The notes under the pieces were generated by a model. The model saw only the letters and a program-made list of their open reading frames with translations, was not told the origin of the DNA and did no database searches. Positions 1 to 6,661 of a stretch of 12,574 nucleotides of DNA are shown here, piece by piece. The stretch is from positions 1 through 12,574 of the forward strand of contig JAWCLA010000021.1 in assembly GCA_039091855.1 (NCBI GenBank). The letters run 5' to 3'. Source of the DNA: Candidatus Aenigmatarchaeota archaeon (GTDB taxonomy: Archaea > Aenigmatarchaeota > Aenigmatarchaeia > QMZP01). The number at the start of each line of letters is the position of its first letter. Within the stretch, counting starts at the first letter, position 1. The translations under genes were made by a program, and so were the position numbers.

Positions 1-47
1 ACAGGAAGCATTGCCACAAAAGCCACGAGAGCAATCTCATTAAGCAT
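1..47 (-). CDS. Partial CDS running off the left edge; hydrophobic N-terminus, possibly a small multidrug-export-type membrane protein
   Basis: Minus-strand ATG at 47 gives MLNEIALVAFVAMLPV...; TATA-like CTTAAATA lies 21-28 nt upstream (75-68). AMLP resembles the start of the MLP.xELRGxIP motif of COG2426-type proteins, but only about 16 codons are visible. Confidence 0.4.
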   Translation of the reverse strand, partial: MLNEIALVAFVAMLP

Positions 48-140
48 AAGAATATTTTGCACAGGATTATTTAAGGTTGGCAGATTTAAAGAAAAAGAGC
101 AAACCAATTTAAGCCATCAGCCAAAAATCTTTCTGTCATT

Positions 141-1025
141 ATGGAAAAGGAAATCCTTGATAAATATGTGAAGGCAGGAAGGATTTGCGCGGATATAAGG
201 AAAGAAATCCAAGAGATACTGAAACCTGGAACAAAACTGATTGACATAGCGGAAACCATAGAGAAAAAAATTTTGCAGAAGGGAGCAAAGCCAGCATTTC
301 CTGTAAACATCTCCTTAAATGAGATTGCAGCCCACTACACACCTTCCCATAACGACCAGAAGGCGATATCCAAGGGAGACCTCGTTAAGATAGACATAGG
401 CGTTCACGTTGATGGCTACATAGGCGACACTGCCTTCACCTATTGCTCAGAACCTAACCCCTTGGTAAAATGCTCCGAGGAGTGCCTGAAGGCGGCAATA
501 GAAATAATAAAACCGGGCATAACCATTTCAGAGATAAGCAGCAGGATAGAGGAAACGGCAAAAAGCCATTCCCTTGGTGTAATAGTAAACCTCACAGGAC
601 ATATGTTGGACAGGTACGTCTTCCACGGAAGCCCGTCAATACCAAACATATCAAACAATTCAAAACACAAGCTAAAAGAAGGGGATGTGATTGCACTTGA
701 ACCTTTCATAACAACAGCAAATGGATATGTAAAGGAGTCGGGCACTGCCGAGATTTACAGGTACCTTATGGACAAGCCTGTAAGGCTTCCGGAGGCGAGA
801 AAGATCCTTGAAATGGCAAAACAGGAATACGATGAACTGCCTTTCGCTAAAAGATGGCTTTACAAACATTTCTCTCCTATAAAGGTTTCCCTTGCAATAA
901 GGCAGCTCGAGGAAGTGGGGGCGATAGAAAGCTATCCTGTCCTAAGGGAGAGCGAAGGCAGGCCTGTTGCCCAGTCAGAGCACACGATAATAGTTATGGA
1001 TAAGGCTATTGTTACGACACTTTGA
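141..1025 (+). CDS. map: Type II methionine aminopeptidase
   Basis: 294 aa with PAFPVNISLNEIAAHYTP, KIDIGVHVDGYIGDTA, NLTGH, ALEPF and QSEHT metal-ligand motifs plus the type II helical insert (LPFAKRWL). Confidence 0.97.
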   Translation: MEKEILDKYVKAGRICADIRKEIQEILKPGTKLIDIAETIEKKILQKGAKPAFPVNISLNEIAAHYTPSHNDQKAISKGDLVKIDIGVHVDGYIGDTAFTYCSEPNPLVKCSEECLKAAIEIIKPGITISEISSRIEETAKSHSLGVIVNLTGHMLDRYVFHGSPSIPNISNNSKHKLKEGDVIALEPFITTANGYVKESGTAEIYRYLMDKPVRLPEARKILEMAKQEYDELPFAKRWLYKHFSPIKVSLAIRQLEEVGAIESYPVLRESEGRPVAQSEHTIIVMDKAIVTTL

Positions 1026-1027
1026 TT

Positions 1028-1348
1028 ATGAATGCAAATAAAACATTTTCGGAAAAAGTTCTTGAAATGGTGAGAAAAATCCCAAAGGGAAGGGTTACCA
1101 CATATTCTGAGATTGCAAGAGCATTGGGAAACCCGAGGGCTTGCAGGGCAGTCGGAAACGCACTTAAAAGAAACAGCAGTCCCGACACAATACCTTGTTA
1201 CAGGGTTGTGAGAAGAGACGGCTCGATTGGGGAGTATTCAAGAGGGAAAAGGGAAAAGCTCAGGCTGCTCAAAAAAGACGGGATAGAAATAATCAAAAGA
1301 AAGATTAATATGAATAAACACTTCCACTCGTTTGAAAATCAGCGATAA
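1028..1348 (+). CDS. ogt: Single-domain methylated-DNA--protein-cysteine methyltransferase (MGMT/Ogt family) with atypical active site
   Basis: IPKGRVTTYSEIARALG, RAVGNAL and IPCYRVV motifs. ATG at 1028 (2 nt after the map stop) is preferred over TTG at 1022. No N-terminal domain. Confidence 0.88.
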   Translation: MNANKTFSEKVLEMVRKIPKGRVTTYSEIARALGNPRACRAVGNALKRNSSPDTIPCYRVVRRDGSIGEYSRGKREKLRLLKKDGIEIIKRKINMNKHFHSFENQR

Positions 1349-2757
1349 ATCTGGAGCCTGTAGTAAATCCTCTTTATCTTGTTGTACGTGTCTGAAATCC
1401 TTGGGTAATCCCTGCCGTTTTTTATTGACTCATATATCGAGAGTATATGGCTGTAAAGCCTTTTTGCCTCTTCTATGTCGCCGTTGTCTATGCACCTGTT
1501 GCACTGCTCCATAAGATTGGATATTCCATCAAAGCTCATATCATCATCTACCTTCTGTTCCATCCTCGGTACCTCAACGGTCATTGGTTTTTCCTTTACA
1601 GGAGGCTTTTCGGATTTTTTTTCAGGTTTAGAAGCGACAGATATAGGAACCTGAAAGCCTTCCTTAATTTTCTGGATTTCCGAGACAAGCGCAGAAATCT
1701 CCTTTGTTTTTTCCTCCCTGAACTTCTCAAATTCCTCTTTCAGCGCTTTCATAGACTTCTCATAATCCTTTATCTCCGAAAGCTTCCTGTTTATCTCGTC
1801 AATCCTTGACTTTCCCTCCTTTGCAAGAAGCTCCTTTGAGCCGCCCCTTCTCAATGACTCCACAAGATCGTCCACTATGTCTTTTATTGCCTGTATTCTG
1901 TCATTAAGGTCCCTCTCGATCTGCTCGAACCTGTCATCGAGCTTCCTGAAGTCATCCTTGCTGACGGAATTCTCGACCTTTGCCTCCAGCATGTCTATGG
2001 ACTTCATCAGGTCGTGCATTGAGTCAGAGCTGAACTCTATTTTGTCCCTGTACTGATGGAACTCTGCCATCTTTTCAGAAAGCTCGGAGAACATGCTCTC
2101 TATCTTTGAAGCGGTCTTCGTAACTTCCTTCTTGTCCTCCTCTATCTTCTCCATTTTTTTGGTTATGGTGGCAGAAAGAGCTATAATGTTTTTTATGTCC
2201 TTCACCTTTTCCATCACAGAAACCACGTCAGCCATGTTCTTCTTGATATCGGAAATTTTTGCATCAAACGATTCAACCTTTGCAGCAAGCTTCTCTATCG
2301 CGTCTTCCTTCTTGTCAAGCTCTGCCCTTATTTTCTTCGGCTGGACTTCCTCGAACATCTCCTTTATCCTTGTGAAGCCTGTTTCCATCTGGTTGAAAAC
2401 CTTTTCCTTCTCTAGTATTGCTGACCTGAGCTCACCTATTTCCTCACTCAGTCTGGATATCTTTTCCTCAGTAACCTGCCTGAGACCTTCCATTGTCTCA
2501 ATCTTCGCGTTTATCTTCTCTATGCTCATCAGAATCTCATCTTCAGAGCTTTTTCCAGAAATCTTATCAAGAAGCCCCTTGGGTTCAGGCTCCCTTTCCT
2601 TCGCCTCTATTTTCGACTCCTTTGGCTTTTTTGAAAAAATACCTCTCAATCCCTTCCTTTCCCTCTTTTCGATTTCATCAAACTCCTCGGGGGTTATTAT
2701 GTTTTCCTCCTCCGGTATGTCCTCAACCTTCTTGTCCTTCTGCTTTGGCATATTCAA
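1339..2757 (-). CDS. Long E/K-rich coiled-coil protein with a Pro/Lys linker and small C-terminal helical domain; function unknown
   Basis: 472-aa ORF with heptad periodicity over most of its length; SD-like AGGAGGGGG at 2776-2768; start TTG 2757 or ATG 2751; 3' end overlaps the convergent ogt by 10 nt. Confidence 0.85.
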   Translation of the reverse strand: MNMPKQKDKKVEDIPEEENIITPEEFDEIEKRERKGLRGIFSKKPKESKIEAKEREPEPKGLLDKISGKSSEDEILMSIEKINAKIETMEGLRQVTEEKISRLSEEIGELRSAILEKEKVFNQMETGFTRIKEMFEEVQPKKIRAELDKKEDAIEKLAAKVESFDAKISDIKKNMADVVSVMEKVKDIKNIIALSATITKKMEKIEEDKKEVTKTASKIESMFSELSEKMAEFHQYRDKIEFSSDSMHDLMKSIDMLEAKVENSVSKDDFRKLDDRFEQIERDLNDRIQAIKDIVDDLVESLRRGGSKELLAKEGKSRIDEINRKLSEIKDYEKSMKALKEEFEKFREEKTKEISALVSEIQKIKEGFQVPISVASKPEKKSEKPPVKEKPMTVEVPRMEQKVDDDMSFDGISNLMEQCNRCIDNGDIEEAKRLYSHILSIYESIKNGRDYPRISDTYNKIKRIYYRLQIYR

Positions 2758-2823
2758 AGGGATGGTGCCCCCTCCTTTCTACTTTATTATTTGTTTCGGA
2801 CTAATAAATTGCTTCACCTGTTC

Positions 2824-2839
2824 AAAATATGCTTATAAG
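2824..2839 (+). promoter_or_regulatory. Putative BRE/TATA promoter for the two-small-gene operon
   Basis: AAAATATG followed by CTTATAAG at 2832-2839, in the AT-rich divergent intergenic region. Confidence 0.4.
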
Positions 2840-2905
2840 TAACGAATTCCATATAACATAATAAAAGTAAAAACAAGCGATAGTTTAACAGTAGGAGGTA
2901 TATAA

Positions 2906-3046
2906 ATGCCACAGGCTTACTGCGTAAGATGCAAGAAAAACGTTGAGATAAAGAATCCGCAGAAAGTTAAGCTGAAAAACGGAAAGCCAGCGACGAAGGG
3001 TGTTTGCCCCAACTGCTCAACAAGTGTTTTCAGGATAGGCGAATAG
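2906..3046 (+). CDS. 46-aa basic Cys4 zinc-ribbon protein (DUF5679-like); not in ORF track
   Basis: MPQAYCVRCKKNVEIKNPQKVKLKNGKPATKGVCPNCSTSVFRIGE; CxxC...CPxC; SD AGGAGGT at 2893-2899, 6 nt before the ATG; matches the recalled YCVKC..KNG.PA.KG.CP.C...FRIG pattern. Confidence 0.88.
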   Translation: MPQAYCVRCKKNVEIKNPQKVKLKNGKPATKGVCPNCSTSVFRIGE

Positions 3047-3075
3047 TCAAATTTTTAAAAAAGGAGGTGTAAAAA

Positions 3076-3240
3076 ATGCCAATGCCAAAGGCAGGGGACG
3101 AATTGCTTTTCTTTGATGTGAAGGCAAAAAAGAAGTTCAAGTCAAAGAACTGGAAGATCATAACAAAGAAAGGCAGGAAATTCGCTGTAGCAAAAGCCCC
3201 GTCCGGGATTGATGCTTACAGGATTCTCGGAAAGGCGTGA
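3076..3240 (+). CDS. 54-aa basic CC1-like (crenarchaeal chromatin protein 1 family) putative nucleoid protein; not in ORF track
   Basis: MPMPKAGDELLFFDVKAKKKFKSKNWKIITKKGRKFAVAKAPSGIDAYRILGKA; 13 K + 2 R versus 4 acidic residues; SD AAGGAGGTG at 3061-3069; matches the recalled CC1 pattern L.F.D.KAK..F...FAVAK.P..GI..YR.LGK. Confidence 0.82.
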   Translation: MPMPKAGDELLFFDVKAKKKFKSKNWKIITKKGRKFAVAKAPSGIDAYRILGKA

Positions 3241-3274
3241 AAGGCTTTTACCTTTCCGATCGATTTTTTTCTTT
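3227..3274 (+). terminator. Hairpin plus T-tract terminator after the small-protein operon
   Basis: TCGGAAAGG (3227-3235) pairs perfectly with CCTTTCCGA (3251-3259), with an inner TGAAA/TTTTA stem, followed by T7 at 3264-3270 and CTTT. Confidence 0.6.
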
Positions 3275-3294
3275 CATTTATAGTTGTTTCTATA

Positions 3295-4107
3295 TTAACC
3301 AAGCCCTATAGCTGCATAAGCCACGACAGAGGAGAGGTCCCCTGTCACATCGCCGGAATTTGTGTAACTCAGTAACTCGCCTTTTTTCACCCCCAAAGAC
3401 TTTGCCGCTGCCATAGCGACCGCTATTGGCCCATAGCCGCACACTGATGCCCTGTTCCTTTTCAGGGTTTCAAAAAATCCCTTTAAGTCAAGCATTAATA
3501 CCCTTTCTATTGCCTCCATATCAAACTTCTTTGCCGATTTCGCAGGTATGTAATGAGAGAAGTCAGAGCTTGCGACAATGTTTACATCCCTCTCTTTCAT
3601 TAGCCTTCCCAAGAAATTCCCAAGGGACGCGCATTTTTTGAGAAAACTTTCAGAATAGCCTTCGTTCATTATGCAGACAGGAACAAAGCCAAAACTCCCA
3701 AACCTGTATTGCAGAAACGGCAGCTGAACTTCAATAGAGTGCTCAGAGGCGTGAGCCCAATCATCATCCTCAGCCAGACCTGCCTTAACGATCTCTGACG
3801 CTGTTTTTGAATCCACCTCAATGTCACCGAGAGGGGTTTTCCAAACACCTCCTGTCATAACGGAAAACTCCTGCCCCATACCTGTGTGGTTGGGACCCAA
3901 AACAACAAAGGTTTTTGCAGGTTTTAGTGAGCCAACCGCGAATGCCGCGCCAAGCCCTGAATACACATATCCTGCATGAGGCGATACCACAATCCTGTAT
4001 TTTTGGCTCGGGCTTGCCTTCGAGAAAAGTTCCTTAATCTGGTTTGAAAGCCTCGCCTTGTCAGAGGGGTAGAACATTCCCGAAACCACAGGATTTCTCG
4101 TTTCCAT
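3295..4107 (-). CDS. amrB: MEMO1-family protein (AmmeMemoRadiSam system protein B)
   Basis: R.PVVSGMFYP, SPHAGYVYSG, LGPNHTG, EHSIEVQLPFLQ, ASSDFSHY, SVCGYGPI and YTNSGDV..VVAYA motifs. Confidence 0.95.
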   Translation of the reverse strand: METRNPVVSGMFYPSDKARLSNQIKELFSKASPSQKYRIVVSPHAGYVYSGLGAAFAVGSLKPAKTFVVLGPNHTGMGQEFSVMTGGVWKTPLGDIEVDSKTASEIVKAGLAEDDDWAHASEHSIEVQLPFLQYRFGSFGFVPVCIMNEGYSESFLKKCASLGNFLGRLMKERDVNIVASSDFSHYIPAKSAKKFDMEAIERVLMLDLKGFFETLKRNRASVCGYGPIAVAMAAAKSLGVKKGELLSYTNSGDVTGDLSSVVAYAAIGLG

Positions 4108-4119
4108 AAAGAGATTTTG

Positions 4120-4147
4120 TATTGGTTATTTAAGTTTGATACCAATA
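4120..4147. promoter_or_regulatory. TATA box for amrB (leaderless) flanked by a 7-bp inverted repeat in the amrB/hypC divergent promoter
   Basis: TATTGGT (4120-4126) / ACCAATA (4141-4147) enclose minus-strand CTTAAATA (4134-4127), about 20 nt upstream of the amrB ATG; the same TATA sequence occurs at 75-68. Confidence 0.45.
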
Positions 4148-4172
4148 AAAACCTCCCCGAGAATTTATTCTT

Positions 4173-4373
4173 ATGTGCATAGCAATTCCAGGAAGGGTTT
4201 GCAAGGCGAGAGGAAAAGAGGTAACAGTGGATTTTTCCGGAAAGATATCCAAAGTGGAATCGCGTTTTCTTAAGGTAAAAAAGGGGGACTGGGTTCTCGT
4301 TTTCGGGAGAAACATAGTTGAAAAAACAACTGAAAAAAGGGCAAGGGAGATAATGAAAACCTTGGGGATTTGA
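4173..4373 (+). CDS. hypC: HypC/HupF-family protein
   Basis: MCIAIPGRV N-terminus (Cys2) and KVKKGDWVLV; the usual His of VLVH is replaced by Phe. Confidence 0.85.
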   Translation: MCIAIPGRVCKARGKEVTVDFSGKISKVESRFLKVKKGDWVLVFGRNIVEKTTEKRAREIMKTLGI

Positions 4374-4375
4374 GT

Positions 4376-4927
4376 ATGAAATCCAAACTGCTTAAGCCTG
4401 CAAAAACACTTCCTATAACCGACAAGGAGCTTTTTCTCCGATATGCAATCCCCTGCGGGGAGGTTTTAGTGAGGAGGGGAAGTTTGGACCAAAACCTGTT
4501 GAAAAAGGCGGAACAGATAGTTACCGACGGAAAAGACTCAAAAATAGACATTGAAAGGATGTTCCCTGTTGCAGTAAAGATGTGCACCCTGATTGCGCAA
4601 AGGATGGGAAAGAAAGCGATAGACTCAGATGTCATCCGGCGCTATTTCCTTTTTGAGCACGAAAAGGCAGTCCGATGGAGAGCAAAGATTTATCCAGATG
4701 TGATACCAGAGAAGTGCATAGTCTATCCGGCAAGGGTCTTGCGCTCCGGAAAGCTTCTCATAGTCAACACTCCCACAGGCAGGAAAATCCTGGACAAAAA
4801 ATTCGTTCCGGAGGCGAAGAGATACGATTGGTTAAGCATTCATTACTCGTATGCTTCTGAGAAAATCCCTACAGAAACAGCAAAAAGGATGCTAAGAAAA
4901 AAACTATTTATGCAAAAAAGCAGATAA
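4376..4927 (+). CDS. DUF6390-like protein with a C-terminal HypC-like domain
   Basis: N-terminal LFLRYAIPC and C-terminal CIVYPARV...DWLSIHY..ASEKI, which aligns with the upstream HypC; ATG lies 2 nt after the hypC stop. The DUF6390 call is from recalled motifs (LF.RYA.P, DW.S.H). Confidence 0.7.
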   Translation: MKSKLLKPAKTLPITDKELFLRYAIPCGEVLVRRGSLDQNLLKKAEQIVTDGKDSKIDIERMFPVAVKMCTLIAQRMGKKAIDSDVIRRYFLFEHEKAVRWRAKIYPDVIPEKCIVYPARVLRSGKLLIVNTPTGRKILDKKFVPEAKRYDWLSIHYSYASEKIPTETAKRMLRKKLFMQKSR

Positions 4928-4950
4928 GTTTCCGTAACCAACAAATTAAT

Positions 4951-5730
4951 ATGCGAAAGCTGTTCGGAAAGATTTTCGTTTCTGATGACGCCTCGATTGT
5001 AAGGGAGAGAGATTTCTTTGTCCTTGTAGATGCAGGATGCGAGCCAAAAACAAGAGGTGATTTTATTCACCTCTGCAGGCAGACAAAAAAACCAATAAGC
5101 TATGCCTTCATTACACACAATCACTGGGATCACACACACAACCTGTCATATTTCAGGAAAATGTTCCCAAAAATGAAAGTGATAAGAAATAGCAGGAGGG
5201 GTTCAGAAATGGTTATACAGAAAGAGGAAAGCATGTTTCTCGGGGATAGCGAATATGTTGTGATTCCGACGCCTGGGCACAGCCCCGGTGGTGATGACAT
5301 ATGCATTTACCTTCCTGATAAAAAAACCGTTTTTGTCGGGGACCTCTGCCAGCCGCAGGGACCGTCATATGAAAAAACGGACTTTGCAACCCCTGTCCCA
5401 TACTTTCATCTGGGCGAGGAATACATAAACTCTCTAAAAAAAATCATTTCCCTAAAAACCAACCATATAATAACAGGCCATGGGATTATTTACAGGAAAA
5501 GGGCCCTTGAGGTAACGCTTGAGGTGGCGGAAAGGATAAGGGACATAGCGAAAGAGGAAGTAAGGAAAAACCCCTTCGCGAAAAATTCATTATTATGCAA
5601 AACAATATTTGAAAGGGTATGTTGGGAGAGGAATTTCCACAACCCTGAACAAAGGATGAGGGACCCTTATTTCAGGGACTGCGACATTCCCGGAATAATG
5701 TATTGGGTCAGAAAGTTCAAGAAGGAATGA
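4951..5730 (+). CDS. Metallo-beta-lactamase-fold hydrolase
   Basis: VLVDAG, THNHWDH (HxHxDH), PTPGHS, FVGD and ITGHG motifs. Confidence 0.92.
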   Translation: MRKLFGKIFVSDDASIVRERDFFVLVDAGCEPKTRGDFIHLCRQTKKPISYAFITHNHWDHTHNLSYFRKMFPKMKVIRNSRRGSEMVIQKEESMFLGDSEYVVIPTPGHSPGGDDICIYLPDKKTVFVGDLCQPQGPSYEKTDFATPVPYFHLGEEYINSLKKIISLKTNHIITGHGIIYRKRALEVTLEVAERIRDIAKEEVRKNPFAKNSLLCKTIFERVCWERNFHNPEQRMRDPYFRDCDIPGIMYWVRKFKKE

Positions 5731-5734
5731 AATT

Positions 5735-6631
5735 ATGCCAGGAGAAATCGCGCTTCTCGGGGATTCTGATGACCAATTTCTGACAGATGTTTTTAACATA
5801 CTGAAGGGAAAGAACCTTCCCGTAAGCATATTGAAATTTTCCGATGAGGAAATACCATTCAACTACAGGTACAGGGTTCTTGTTGACAGGGCAAGCTACT
5901 GCGACTACTACCTGAAGTCAATGGTGAAAAACTACTCCTTAAAGGGAACGTATGTGATAAACAACCCATTTTCCAACATATGCGATGACAAGATAACAGA
6001 ATTCAACATGTGCCAAAAGCTCGGTATACCCTATCCAAAGACTGTGGTTTTGCCAAAGACCAACACGGAAATGGACACGAGCGACCAGATAAGCCTTCCC
6101 AACTTGGACCTGGTTTTTTCAAGACTAAGGTTTCCCATAGTTCTTAAGCCTCACGACGGCTATGCATGGGACAACGTTTCGGTCGCAAACACACCAGATG
6201 AGGCAAAGGGAATTTACGAGTCCCAGAAAAACAGGATGGTTCTTCTCGCGCAGGAGATGGTAAAGCCAAAGACATATTACAGGGTTTATTATTTTACCAA
6301 GAGGGAGCCTGTTTTTGTCAGGTACCTGCCAAACGAAAGGAGGTATGAAAAAAGCGACTATTCCGACATAAAGGGAGTGATGCACCTCATAAGGAATTAT
6401 ATGATAAGGCTTAACACAGCTTTGGACTACGACTTCAACGCCTGCGAGTGGGCGATTGATGAGAACAACAACCTTTTCCTCATAGACGCTTTCAACGAGA
6501 CCCCTGAACTTGGGCCTGACATACTACCTGCCGAATACTATCAGGCAATACTGGAAAGGTTCGTAGGTGTGATAGAGGACAGGCTCCACTCAAATGATCT
6601 TAACAAGTGGCCTTTCGTTTTCTCTCCTTAG
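5735..6631 (+). CDS. ATP-grasp (RimK/glutathione-synthetase-like) carboxylate-amine ligase
   Basis: VLVDR, GTYVINNPF...DDK, LGIPYPKTVVLP, FPIVLKP, AQE and LIDAFN motifs. Confidence 0.85.
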   Translation: MPGEIALLGDSDDQFLTDVFNILKGKNLPVSILKFSDEEIPFNYRYRVLVDRASYCDYYLKSMVKNYSLKGTYVINNPFSNICDDKITEFNMCQKLGIPYPKTVVLPKTNTEMDTSDQISLPNLDLVFSRLRFPIVLKPHDGYAWDNVSVANTPDEAKGIYESQKNRMVLLAQEMVKPKTYYRVYYFTKREPVFVRYLPNERRYEKSDYSDIKGVMHLIRNYMIRLNTALDYDFNACEWAIDENNNLFLIDAFNETPELGPDILPAEYYQAILERFVGVIEDRLHSNDLNKWPFVFSP

Positions 6632-6661
6632 AAATTTATATCCCATAACCAAATATATCTT

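Noticed and set aside
1339-2757. SMC/Rad50 ATPase
   Set aside because: No Walker A/B, signature or hinge/CxxC hook motif is seen.
2093-2842. 249-aa plus-strand S/F/I-rich ORF
   Set aside because: Antisense shadow of the E/K-rich coiled-coil gene; its composition is explained by the reverse codons.
4173-4927. Canonical hydrogenase maturation operon
   Set aside because: No hypD/E/F/A/B or hydrogenase genes are in the window, and the stand-alone HypC lacks the conserved His.
4951-5730. True beta-lactamase or beta-CASP nuclease
   Set aside because: No signal peptide or beta-CASP insertion is visible; only the generic MBL fold is supported.
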